From Nemertoderma westbladi (taxonomy: Eukaryota; Animalia; Xenacoelomorpha), in contig JAUCBJ010002838.1 of NCBI GenBank assembly GCA_032718475.1, positions 1 to 44,633 on the forward strand: a stretch of 44,633 nt of DNA, read 5' to 3'. Below the pieces are notes generated by a model, which worked only from the letters and a program-made list of their open reading frames with translations, searched no databases and was not told the origin of the DNA. The translations under genes were made by a program, and so were the position numbers. Shown piece after piece: positions 23,637 to 35,912 of this stretch. Each line of letters opens with the position of its first letter. Positions within the stretch are counted from its first letter, which is position 1.

Positions 23637-24168
23637 TGTTAGCTTATTCAATCCCGCTAACACCCCATAAAGTTGTAAGCCGATAAGCAATATTGGGAGC
23701 CACGAGATTGGGTAATTAACCAACTCGTGCCATCCCAATAAGAGTGGGAAGGAAGCACACAATAGAGGGTCAGGGGCCAAACCCCTAACCCAGAGAGAAC
23801 AGGTGGAGTGAACGGGAACACTCCACGGGGCGCCAACAAGGGTATCAACCAATCAGAGGGGGGCAAGGCATCGATTAGGTAGTAATTAGGCCAACCGTGT
23901 AATATAATCAGTAACCTATTAATCAGTAATTCAGTTATCTCAGTGCAGTAGTGCTAGTATAGGTTAGTTAGTTTAGATAGGGGAGCACGGGACTTTAGTT
24001 ACCGTATCCCGCCTTCCATATATTATACTATCATCAGATCATATCTATATCTTATACCAATTATATACAGCGAACATCAGAACTCATTTACCGTTTCCAT
24101 TTACTCTTTACACACGGCGGGGACGCGTAAGCTAAACACCGGATACACCGGGATCCCTCCTGGATCCC
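23637..24168 (+). repeat. Element C 5' LTR, terminal GTCACA missing
   Basis: Matches 35172-35704 with about five differences. Confidence 0.92.
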
Positions 24169-25025
24169 TCCCTCAGGGCGACGAGCGGCCCACCGAAACG
24201 GCGACGGTGGGGCCGACGGTGCGATGCCGGACGCGAAGAGACGGAGGAGACATCGGTACCGATGTCGCCGGCCAGCTACAGGCCGAGGGCAACGGACGGC
24301 CCACCAGAACGGCGACGGTGGAGCTGCCGGTACGACGTCGAACCCGGAGGGACGGGGGAGAGGTCGGCGACGAGGACGTCGGGGTTTCAGAGCGACTTCG
24401 ACGGGCCTACAACGCGACCCGGAAGCTGATAAAGGACACCAAGAAGGAAGGGGCGAAGGTAGATGAGGTGAGACTGAGAAAGCGACTAGGTGAGTCGGAT
24501 AGACACTTTAACTACCTAATACGTTTTGGGCAGAGAGAACTAGCCGAGGGGAGAGCAAAAGGGGTTGCCAGCGAACTGTTTGAACTATGGGAGTGTGGGA
24601 GTATGGAACCTAGCGTAGCGCCAGTGTACATAGGGCCATACTTGGTCGATGCCCGGGGAGTAAAATTAGTGGGTTGGAGGGGAACCGAGGGGGGCAAATC
24701 CGAGGTTAACCCCGAGGATTCGGCCTCGTCGGTCGGAGAAAGTTCCGGGAAGCGGGGGAAAGTTAGTAGGTCGGGAAGGCGGAGGGGGTCCGTCGTAACC
24801 GATAAGTCTGCTACATCCTCCGCGAAAGAAAGAGTGGTGAGAGAGGCAGGTGCCGCGTACCGTCTCGAGCTGATAGAGCAAGGTCAGAGGGAAATGAATA
24901 AACGGCTAGAGGAGGGGAGAATCCGACTAGAGAGGGAAGCGGCATTGATTAGAGAAACCGGAGAGAGGGCCGAAAGGGCTTTGAGAGGCCTTAGGGAGTG
25001 TGAGGAAACAGAGGAAAAGGAGTGT

Positions 25026-25210
25026 AGGGAACGTGAGGCGAGAGAGGAAAGGGAGCGTAAAGAGCGCGAGGCGGAACGCAAGGAACGTGAGGTGAGAGAG
25101 GAAAGGGAACGCAAAGAGCGCGAGGCGGAACGCAAGGAACATGAGGCGAGAGAAGAAAGGGCACGCAAAGAGCGTGAGGCAGAACGTAAGGAGCGTGAAG
25201 CGAGGCGAAG
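25026..25210 (+). repeat. 54-bp coding repeats (ERKEREA coiled coil)
   Basis: REERERKEREAERKE repeated about three times. Confidence 0.8.
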
Positions 25211-25859
25211 GGAGAGTGCTAGGAAAGTAGTAGAGTTGGCTGAGCGGGACACGCGGGAGTGTGAGAGGAGAAGGACAGAAGCCGAGCGAGACCAGGAGGA
25301 ATTAAAGAGACGCCAAAGTGAGCTTGGGGAACATAGGGTTAGACGCGCGCACGAGCTGCGACTGGTGCGGGCGGGGGCGTCTGAGAGCGAGACAGGCTCG
25401 AGTATTTTAGAGGAGCCAGGGGCCGTGGATACATTTATTAATACCCCACTTACAGGGACCGCACGACAGACCCAAAACTGGTGTGACCGTACGGGCGGGG
25501 GGGGGGGGGGGGGGTAATAATGATAATGGTACAGAAGACGTGGTTAATATTAATAGTACCGTATGGGATAATTCTAATCAAACTTTTATTGCAGTAAATA
25601 CTTTGCCTAGTGGTAGTAATTTAAATTTAAATCAGAACAATCTTAATATTAATGTAGAAAATAATCCTAATATTAATGTAGCTACGCAAAATAATCCGAA
25701 TAATCAAAACAATAATAATTCAAATAATTTAATTAATGAGCCAAGCCCGAATTTACAAGATAATTCAAATGATTTTATTTCGAACGGACAAGTTAATTCC
25801 GTTCCCAATACGGGTGCTATTAATGTAAACACGTCGGGCGTGTATGGCCAGACAGATGG

Positions 25860-26158
25860 GGCCCAGGTAGGCCACGTAGTTGGTAGGCAGGGAGTGGCTG
25901 CGTTAGGTAGACCCGGCGAGGGCCTGGTAGGCCACGTAGTTGGTAGGCAGGGAGTGGCTGGGTTGGATGGACCCAGCGAGGGCCTGGTAGGCCACGTAGT
26001 TGGTAGGCAGGGAGTGGCTGGGTTAGGTGGACCCGGCGAGGGCCTGGTAGGCCACGTAGTTGTTAGGCAGGGAGTGGCTGGGTTGGATGGACCCAGCGAG
26101 GGCCTGGTAGGCCGCATAGTCGGTAGGCAGGGAGCAGAGGGCCTGGTAGGCCACGCAA
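25860..26158 (+). repeat. 60-bp coding tandem repeat, ~4.5 copies
   Basis: GLVGHVVGRQGVAGLxGPxE units with alternating variants. Confidence 0.92.
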
Positions 26159-29100
26159 TAGCAGAGAGAGAGGCGGGGGTGAATAGACCCGACCGCGGTA
26201 GGGTTGATGTGTCGACTAGAGAGGGATATAGTAGCGGGATGAGAGATAGCGAAGTTAGATGTGGCGAGTGGGGGGGGGGGGGGCTACGAGAGCCCCACAA
26301 CAGCGAGTTAGCGGCGAAAAAGGGGGGGCAGAAAGTGCCCCACAGCCGTCAGCGGATAATGCGAGGGCCAAAATAGGTAAACCGCAACAACCGGCGACGG
26401 AAAGTAATAGGGGGATTGCGAGTATCCCCAGCGGCGTGCGACCGAGCAGAGAGAGACAGGTTGACGTCGTGAGAGGGCGGACGAAGCGTCGAGCCCGATC
26501 AGAAGAGGGAAGAAGAACAGTGGGGTTTAACCGGGAGGTCGACGAGAGGTCTCACGAGCGGGAATACTCCACTGAAAGGAGAAGAAGAGAAGATAGTGGT
26601 AGAGGTATCGCCGCGAACGACAGAAGAGCGAGGACGGATAGCGAGCCGTCGGTGGTCGAGATGAGAACGGAGAGTCAGTGGGGTCGGACTCCGGGAGATT
26701 GCCGTCGCCCCGGAGAGATGCGACCCGGCGAGGCGCACTACGCGCCGAGAGAGGGGTACGCGATGTACCGGTACGAAGATGAGAACAGTAGAGAGGGGGG
26801 TCGAAGAGAAACTTTCCGACGGAATGTACCTACCGATCGAGAATACGGTAGCCGCGGGGAGGATTATTCGAGAAGAATAAACTTCGATCCCGAACAACAC
26901 ATGCAGACTGTAGGACATACTGTAGGCCTTACTGCACATACCATAGGCCATACTGAGAGAGGCAATGTAGGGGATAGGATGGCGCGGACAACGGGATTAA
27001 ACCCGGAAGTCGCGGAATACATACCGGCGAGTAGGCCAGAAGCTGATAGGCCTATACCGGTACCAGTACAGCAGTATGACTACAGCATGCAGGGACATAA
27101 CATATACCCAGGGGAGGGGGGAATTATTGCGGATAGGTGTATGGGCCCCAACATATTAACATCAACCCCATTACCAAACATACCGGCGGGGGGGGGGGGG
27201 GGGGGACAGGGTGACATTCCCCCATCACAATATCAACAATATACCCCGATAGGAGCAAGAACAACGAGACCCTTAGATGAAAACAGGTCGTGTGACACAG
27301 AAATATGGAGGGGGCCGCTACCCCCGATGACATACCCAAGTCAGAGAAGATCAAGAAATAGGACGGACGAACCGCACCAGACAGGAGAAACTATACAGCA
27401 CCCGTCGAATCCATTGGAAGCGCAGGCGATGGGGATGGCCACATTGATCGATGCGTTGAAAACGAGGATCGAGCTACCACCCGTGGAACCATTCAAATTC
27501 GATGGGAGTAGGCCGGAAGAATATCTACAGTTTCGGCGCATGTATAGTAACGAAATACTAACAAAAAACTTGACGCAGGCGGAGTGCCTAAAGTATCTAC
27601 AAGTATATACGGGAGGCCCAGCATACGATATCGTGAGGCAATATCAAGGAATAGAGGGCGGCTTCACGACAGCATGGCGGGCACTGGATAGGGAATACGG
27701 GCACCCGGCCAAGATCATCAGACAGACGCTGAGGGGCATAACATCGGGTGGCCTACAGGATAATCCCGTTAGCATTAAGACGTTCGCTAACAAAGTCGAA
27801 AAGGCGCTGATCGTGCTGAAGACGCTAGACGCGCCATACGAGCTCAATGCGTCCAATAACATCACCACGATAGCGCAGGCACTACCGAGTTGGATGCGCA
27901 ACAAGTGGAGGAAAATTGCTTTCTCCACTCGAGACAAGAAGGGTGCGGAACCGGGTTTAGAAGAAATGTCAAACTTCTTAAACTACGAGGCTGAGCTAAT
28001 AACTGACCCAGTCTACAGCGAAGATAGCCTGGGAAAGGGACCGAAGACAGACTACCATAGACCGAAACCAGAGCACAACACATCAAACGCATTACCGAGA
28101 CTCAGGCAATCATTGCCATATGCAGCGACGCAGGGGACTGCAAGTCCACAGCTAGCCGAAGATGAGACAACACCATGGAACGGGCAGGGGAACAATGACA
28201 GCACGAATAAACATAACCCCAGTACGTCCAGTAGGCTGAATCCAAACAATAAGAATAGTAGGGACTTTGGTACGAACGCAACTGCGATACGCAATGCGCT
28301 GTATAAAGAGGGCTACGACCCAAAGAGCAAATGCCAGCTACACGCAAATGCGCTTCATCAAACCATGAACTGCAGGTACTGGCAGGCGCTACCTAGGCAA
28401 GATCAGATAGATTATGCGTCGAGTAATAAAATCTGCTCGCGATGTGTAATGAGTGGACATAAAGCAAGGGAGTGCAAGGAGAAGCCGATAAAATTTGGTC
28501 AGAGGAGAGGCCAAACGATGGCGACGAGCACAGTAGGGGCGAAGAAGAGAGGAACGGTGTTACTTGGTGTAGTACCCGTGCGAGTGATTGGGGAAGGCAA
28601 TCGATCAGTAACAACACTAATGCTGGTTGATAGTGGAGCTGCCTTCACACTAGTTGAGGAATGGGTGGCCGAAGAGATAGGATTGAGAACGAGGCCAAGC
28701 AGAATGGCGGTAACAACCATCTCTAGCAAAGATGAGATCCTGGAAATGAGGACAGGACGGTGCGCAATTGCAGCAGTGGCACCAGGATGCGACTATGGGG
28801 CAACCATCGACCCCATCCAAGTGATAGAGTCAATTAACATCAATGCCAGGCGACCAACCAACATCGAGGTCGAGCAATATAAATTCCTGGACGACATTGA
28901 CTTCTCAATCCCAGACGTGGACGTTAGGAAGGTATCCATCATAGTAGGTATGGACTGCCCAACGGCCCACGAAAGAATGCAAACGGTCTTCGGCGAAGAC
29001 AAGCAGAGTGACCCGGTGGCTATATTAACACCATTCGGGTGGACGCTGAGTGGTCCAATCAAGAGTAAGATACCATTTAGGATGTCGGAGACATCAGGAT

Positions 29101-32100
29101 GCATGTTCGCGGGAACAATGCAGGAAATGGGTGATGAGGGAGCAGAGGAGCAGCTTAAAAGACTGCTCAGACAGGATTTCGAGGGACTGAAAGAAACCGG
29201 AGTCGGGACCTCAGTAGAAGACAAGCAGGCTTTACAAAGCGTGGAGGAATCGATGACATGCAATGAGGGGCGGTATACTATAGGAATGGTATGGAAACTA
29301 CCGAAGATACCGTTGCCCGACAATAGGGGGATGGTACTCACGAGACTCCGCAAGCTGAAACAAACACTAAAACGGAGCCCCGAGAAGAATGAGTACATCC
29401 ACAGAACAATTAAGAAGTACGTCGAGAAAGGATGGGCCGTGGAGTTACCGGTCGACGAGCCGAACACGGATAGAACATATTACCTGCCACTACACGTGGC
29501 CATAGACCCAAAGAAAGGTAAACTACGGATGGTAGTCGACGCATCGGCAAAGACCGACGGAAAATGCTTAAACGATTACCTGTTAGAAGGCCCAAACATT
29601 TACAATTCGGGCATAGAGGTGTTACTTAGATTTCGAAATGGGAAACACGCCTTCATGTGTGACATAGAAGGCATGTTCAACCAAGTCCGTGTAACGGAAG
29701 AAGATAGCGACAGTCAACGCTTCTTATGGTATAACGGCGAGGAAGAACCGTCGATAATACCGGCATATAAGATGGTTGTACAGAACATGGGGGCCAAGTC
29801 GTCTTCATTTACGACGACTATGGCAGTGAGAGACACAGTAAAGGGGAAGGAAGATAGATACAGCAGTAGGGCCGTCGATATGATTCGACGCGGCTTCTAC
29901 GTAGACGACGGAATGGAGTCTGGAAATACGGTTAAGGAGATACTGGATACAGGGCGCGAGGTTCGCGACATCCTAAAGGGATCCGGCTTTAACCTGACCA
30001 AATTCCAATCCAGTTCGGAAGAATTTATCAAGGCGATAGAGGACAGGAAACCAGAATCGACCATGGATAATCCCACAACAGCCAAAGGGCAGGACATGGC
30101 GATTAAGAGAACGGAATCCCAGCAGAAGGCATTGGGAATCGTGTGGGATAGAAAGACAGACGAACTGAAGTATCAGCTGAGCCAGGAGGGCGCAGACATC
30201 CACACGAAGAGGGGCTATGTATCGTATATAGCAAGGATATACGATCCCCTAGGCCTAGCATCCCCATTATTAGTCACGGGGAAACAGATACTCAAGAGAG
30301 TATACAAATTGAAAGATGAGTGGGACGTAGAGGTACCAGAGGAAATCAAGAAACAGTGGAGCAAGTGGACAGGAAACTTGGAGAAGATGGGAACATACAA
30401 CATGCCAAGGGCATATTTCCCGGATGGGAACATGACGAATCTGGACCTACACATGTTCTCCGACGCGTCGTTGGAAGCGTACGGAGCGGCACTCTACTTA
30501 GTACAACGAGAGGGGGCTCATATGCCAAGACTAGCCTTTAGTAAAGCAAAGTCAACGCCACCAGATTCAGCATCAGTTCCCAAGTTAGAATTGACAGCTG
30601 CGAGACTAGGAGTAAGAGCCACAGCCTACCTAGTGGATACTATTCCCAACATAGTGGAGACACACTACTGGACGGACTCCATGGTAGTGCTTGGTTGGCT
30701 ACACAACGAAAGGACGAGATACCCGATATTCGTCGCGAATAGAGTGAGACGAAATAAGGGCGAGTACAGAACTGGAAAGGTGGCACTACTGCCCAACAGA
30801 CGAGAACCCAGCGGACTTGCTGTCGAGGGGCGTGGAACGCCACACTTTCCTGAAGAAGGAAGTATTGTGGCAACATGGGCCACAATTTCTGAGCGATAGG
30901 GAGGCCTGGCCGCCGATGAGGAAGGTGGACCCGGGCTCGGAAGTAGTATCAGAAGGAGAAGAGGGAGATTCAGAGGGAGAAGAGATATACTCCCAGATGG
31001 TGAGGGAGATTAGGGACGTGCAACCAGGACGGGAACTGTGCGATAACCCGACGGATAAACTCCTCAGCTACAGTTCTAGTTGGTATAAGACCAGGAAACT
31101 AGTGGCGTACTGGAGAGCCTTCGGGAATTTCCTTGCGGGAGTTGGCAAGGGCAAGAAGATCAGGACGACCATAGATCTGGAAGGAGCGGCCAAGGCAGTG
31201 ATCCGCTATGAACAACGGAAGAACTACGGCGACGAGGTGGAACGCGTCGGTAACCAACAGCACCTCCGACGGGACAGCGAGCTGATTACGCTGTCGCCAC
31301 AACTCAATGACGACGGGATTCTAGTAATGAATTCTAGGGCCATCATCATTCCTACAGGATCGCCAATAGTCCACCAGATCATATGGGACTCCCACAAATC
31401 GATATTGCACGGGGGCACCAACCGAACCCTCACAGAGATAAGGAGGACCTATTGGGTCAAACAATTAAGGAAGAAGGTTAAAGCGGTAGTGGGGCAGTGC
31501 CAGACCTGCCGACGAGCGAAGAAGGAGCGAGCCGTACAGGAGATGGCGCCACTACCGGCGAGTAGGGTAAGACAGCACGACCCGCCATTTACGCATTGCG
31601 GTGTGGACATGTTCGGGCCGATCAAGATCAAAGTGATGCGACACACGGAGAAACGCTACGGCATTATCTTCGTATGCAACAATACGCGGGCGGTAGGGAT
31701 AGAACTCGCCCAAGATGCAACCGCATCAGCGTTCATTAACGCCTTAGAAAGGTTTAGGGACCGCAAAGGTGGGACGATCGCAGTGATATACAGCGACAAC
31801 GGCACCAACTTTGTGGGCGCAGAGAGTGAGATGGCAGAGGCCTTGGACATCTTGGAGGGAGAAGAAGTCAGGGCAGCCATGAGACGACGACAAGTAAAGT
31901 GGGAGAGAAGGACGCCGTATGCACCACATACACTAGGATGCGTCGAGAGACTGGTGGGCAGTTCAAAGCGTCTAATGACGAAGCTAATGAACACCCACAT
32001 GGTCACTGAGGATGTCTTACGGACAGTACTTGCGAAGTGCGAGGGGATCATTAATAGCAGACCGCTATATCCGTAGAATGATGACCCTGAGTCACTAGAC

Positions 32101-32619
32101 GTGCTAACGCCTAGCCATTTCCTAATGGAAAGGCCAGCGACCATCGATATGCGGGGTGTAGACCCAGATGACATACACTCCCGCCAAAGTTGGAAAGTCG
32201 CTAAAGCAATAAGCGCAGAGTATTGGAGGAGGTGGGTCGAAGAATACCTACCCACGCTCCATAAGCGAAGCAAATGGAGGAAGCCAAACAGGGAGTTAAG
32301 AGTAGGAGATCTCGTAATCGTTACGGATGATACTATCATCAACAACCAGTGGCGGTTGGCGAGAGTTATAGGCACTTACTCCGATGAGGACGGAAGAGTC
32401 CGATCGGTAGAAGTGCGGATAGGTGGCAAGATAGGTGCCAAGGACAGAAAAACCTACAGGAGAGCGGTAGGGAAATGCTGTCTTCTAGAAGGGGCACCTT
32501 AGAAGTGGAGTTAGTCTAGAGTTTAGTCGTCCAAGATTGGACTGAGGGGGGTGGGATTGAGGGCGAGACGCCCTTCCCACACAAATAAAATAAAAATAAA
32601 ATAAAAATAATAGTATATA

Positions 32620-33195
32620 GTAGGTACGCAGTTAGTTAGTTAGTAGGTACGTAGTACCTAGAGTTAGAGAGTTAGAAGGTACGTAGTACCTAGAGTTAGT
32701 TAGAGAGTTAGTAGGTACGTAGTACCTAGAGTTAGTTAGTTAGTTAGGAGGTACGTAGTACCTAGAGTTAGTTAGAGAGTTAGTAGGTACGTAGTACCTA
32801 GAGTTAGTTAGTTAGTTAGTAGGTACGTAATACCTAGAGTTAGAGAGTTAGAAGGTACGTAGTACCTAGAGTTAGTTAGAGAGTTAGTAGGTATGTAGTA
32901 CCTAGAGTTAGTTAGAGAAGAGAGAGTAGGGTACGTAGTACCGTTAGTTAAAGAAGAGTTAGAGGGTACGTAGTACCGCTAGTTAGAGAAGAGAGAGTAG
33001 GGTACGTAGTACCGTTAGTTAGAGAAGAGTTGGAGGGTACGGTACGTAGTACCGTTAGATAGAGAAGAGAGAGTAGGGTACGTAGTACCGCTAGTTAGTT
33101 AGAGAGTCAGAGGGTACGTAGTACCGTTAGTTAGAGAAGAGTTAGAGTTAGAGGGTACGTGGTACCATTAGTTAGAGAGAGAGAGAGTAAGAGGT
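32620..33195 (+). repeat. Tandem array of ~15-16 GGTACGTAGTACC cores with variable TTAG/AG spacers
   Basis: Core recurs every 32-41 bp. Confidence 0.93.
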
Positions 33196-33614
33196 AGAAG
33201 GGTATATAAGATATAGATATTAGTTAGCAGTAAGTAGCGTTAGTAGCGAGAGGGGGGCATATGAGTACAGCTGGGTAAATCGTGTGGCCACACGACGCAC
33301 ACTGCTGTACTGCATAGGCCCACAGAGTAGGCCAGAATGTGGATTAGAGAATAGAATAATCCATAAGTAATAGGAAACAGTAAGGTAGTAGGATTGAAAT
33401 TAAGATAAATTAGAATAAGAATAGGGCTAAGAAGGGGAACAAATTATGGTAACAGTAGTAAGAATAGGCAATAACTCAGAAATTCAGAAAGAGATAGGCC
33501 ATCAAACAGAACTTAAACCATCTAAACCCATCACTCATCACGTTTGCGCCTTTGCAAGGCACCACCTACGGGTGAGCGATCGGGCAGAGTTCGAGATGGC
33601 AGCCAAACTTGTGA

Positions 33615-34490
33615 GAGGGGAGAGAAGCAGAGGAGAGGAAGGAGGAAGCTAGGGCGCAGAGCTACGGCTTCGAGGAACAAGCGGCCTTAGACGAACTTCG
33701 TTGGGCTTCGTCAGGGAGTTCGGGGGAGTCTCTAGGGAAAGAACTGGGGTGGACGGTGAGATCACCGAAACAGTCGACCTCGGGATTGCAAACGATGCCC
33801 ATACCAGCGGGCGCCGAGGGCGAACAACCGCAAAGGAAGTTAAGGGAGCTAGAGGGGTGGAGAGCTATGGGCAAGAGCCAAGGCGGGAAGGGACATAGTG
33901 GGTCCACTGGGATACCGGGGTTGGAACCACTGCGAGAGGAGGACGAGGACGATGACGAGTTCGGAGAGATGCCGCCCATCGAGAGGATAGGCCACTCCGA
34001 CACGGACTGGGTTGGCGGGAGGGTAGTGACGGCCAGTGGGGCGAGAGCCTTCTGGGACAAACCCGGCAAGCGGGCCTGGGTGCATGAGGAGCCGGCGATG
34101 GATTTCGCGGGGAGCACTATCAGGTTGGGCAAGCAACCGGGGACGACACCACGGGTAGTATTCGGAGAGACGATGCCCGGGAGGGGCGAGGAGATCGACG
34201 TAGACAGGGACGCTAGCGTCCAGAAGTTCGCCTATCAGCGACTCCGCAAACCGCGGAGATCGCTTGGGATGAAAGACGATGTGGGGCGGGAGACATTGGT
34301 ACTCGGTTGCGACTACTGTGGGAGACAGACCCACCAGGAAAGGAGCTGTTTGTACCGGTTCCAGAAAGGGACCAGCTGTCTCTACTGCCACGAGACGAGC
34401 CACAGGATGGGAGCGTGTCCACGGTTGCAGAACCGATGTCCGAAGTGCAACTTTCGGGGACACCACGGACGCCATGGAGGGATGGACTGA
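33615..34490 (+). CDS. Accessory ORF of element C: CCHC zinc-knuckle protein (true start probably upstream)
   Basis: Frame open from 33615. Contains CDYCGRQTHQERSC, CLYCHETSHRMGAC, CPKCNFRGH and an acidic tract EEDEDDDE. Confidence 0.7.
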   Translation, partial: EGREAEERKEEARAQSYGFEEQAALDELRWASSGSSGESLGKELGWTVRSPKQSTSGLQTMPIPAGAEGEQPQRKLRELEGWRAMGKSQGGKGHSGSTGIPGLEPLREEDEDDDEFGEMPPIERIGHSDTDWVGGRVVTASGARAFWDKPGKRAWVHEEPAMDFAGSTIRLGKQPGTTPRVVFGETMPGRGEEIDVDRDASVQKFAYQRLRKPRRSLGMKDDVGRETLVLGCDYCGRQTHQERSCLYRFQKGTSCLYCHETSHRMGACPRLQNRCPKCNFRGHHGRHGGMD

Positions 34491-35162
34491 GGCTCTGATG
34501 CAGTGCGCCTGGAAGGCGCCACGCGAGACGTGCGAACTATGTACAAATTTAATTAATGTAAATAATCATATAAGTACAGTTTGTATGTAGGTACGTAGTA
34601 ATCAGTAATTTAGAAATATTTACGTTCGGAGTAAGTACTATAGTCATACAACCTTTCTCAACTAGCTACTGGGACTGGGGGGTAAACTGATTATGGCACT
34701 ATGGACGAGACACCAGACGATTTCACACTTCTTGAATGCGACGGCATGGGAGGGGGGTGAGATTCGTCAGAAGGGATGAGGTAGTCAAAGTGGGGTTGAG
34801 GAACGGAGTAAGAGTGCGAAGTGCGGAGAGAGTGCGAACGCAATCCTAGAGTGGGGGGGGGGGAGAATAAGAGGCTGAGTGAGGGACGAGGAGATCCGAG
34901 GGTATGAGAGAGTTAGGATGAGAGTGAAGGGGAGACAGGGCGAAAGTGTTGGGGAAACAAAAGTCGCGTGAGAGGTGAGCGCGATCGGCCCGACATGAGA
35001 CGCCAGGCACATAGGGTAGCGTTATCATACCCATAGGGAGCGGCCTGGAAAGCCGGTTCCGAGAGAAAAGAATTCCACCCCACACCCGATACTAGATCGG
35101 GATCCAGCGGGATTGTAGCGCACTTTTTGGTTGATGCTATCTTCTTACCGGGAAGATAGCAT

Positions 35163-35171
35163 GGGGGGGAG
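35163..35171 (+). promoter_or_regulatory. Polypurine tract
   Basis: GGGGGGGAG directly before TGTT. Confidence 0.8.
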
Positions 35172-35710
35172 TGTTAGCTTATTCAATCCCGCTAACACCC
35201 CATAAAGTTATGAGCCGATGAGCAATATTGGGAGCCACGAGATTGGGTAATTAACCAACTCGTGCCATCCCAATAAGAGTGGGAAGGAAGCACACAATAG
35301 AGGGTCAGGGGCCAAACCCCCTAACCCAGAGAGAACAGGTGGAGTGAACGGGAACACTCCACGGGGCGCCAACAAGGGTATCAACCAATCAGAGGGGGGC
35401 AAGGCATCGATTAGGTAGTAATTAGGCCAACCGTGTAATATAATCAGTAACCTATTAATCAGTAATTCAGTTATCTCAGTGCAGTAGTGCTAGTATAGGT
35501 TAGTTAGTTTAGATAGGGGAGCACGGGACTTTAGTTACCGTATCCCGCCTTCCATATATTATACTATCATCAGATCATATCTATATCTTATACCAATTAT
35601 ATACAGCGAACATCAGAACTCATTTACCGTTTCCATTTACTCTTTACACACGGCGGGGACGCGTAAGCTAAACACCGGATAAACCGGGATCCCTCCTGGA
35701 TCCCGTCACA
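35172..35710 (+). repeat. Element C 3' LTR, 539 bp
   Basis: TGTT...CACA ends and match to the 5' LTR. Confidence 0.93.
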
Positions 35711-35912
35711 ATATATGATCTATATGGAGAATAAGCCATATAGATTACACGATAATCCTATTGCACATTCTTATCAGTACTAGTTATGTTAATGTTAATG
35801 TTATTGGGGGGGGGGGGGGGGTTGTTGGAAACAAACATCCCGTAATACCAGCGTGCCCAGCACCACGAGGAACATAATGATACTTAGTGATAGTGCTTAG
35901 TAGGGTCGGTGT

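Larger units (their letters stand above)
24171..32502 (+). pseudogene. Element C gag-pol, broken into five ORFs
   Basis: KFDGSRPEEY gag, knuckles CQLHANALHQTMNC and CSRCVMSGHKAREC, LVDSGA, FYVDD, FSDAS, HGG..CQTC, DMFGP, SDNGTNF, LTPSHFL. Frameshifts at G-runs ~25500 and ~26275 and at ~30749. TAG at 32074. Confidence 0.93.
23637..35710 (+). mobile_element. BEL/Pao LTR retrotransposon C, ~12.1 kb, near full length, defective
   Basis: Paired LTRs, gag-PR-RT-RH-IN, PPT. Flanks CTATA/ATATA give an imperfect 5-bp TSD. Confidence 0.93.

Noticed and set aside
25496-26283. Programmed frameshifting in element C gag
   Set aside because: Both shifts fall in long G homopolymers, so slippage or assembly error is more likely.
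32620-33195. CRISPR-like repeat-spacer appearance
   Set aside because: Spacers are related low-complexity sequence, the core is only 13 bp, the context is eukaryotic and no cas genes are present.
33662-34475. Minus-strand ORFs of 156 and 208 aa
   Set aside because: They overlap the knuckle ORF antisense in GC-rich sequence and have no motifs.
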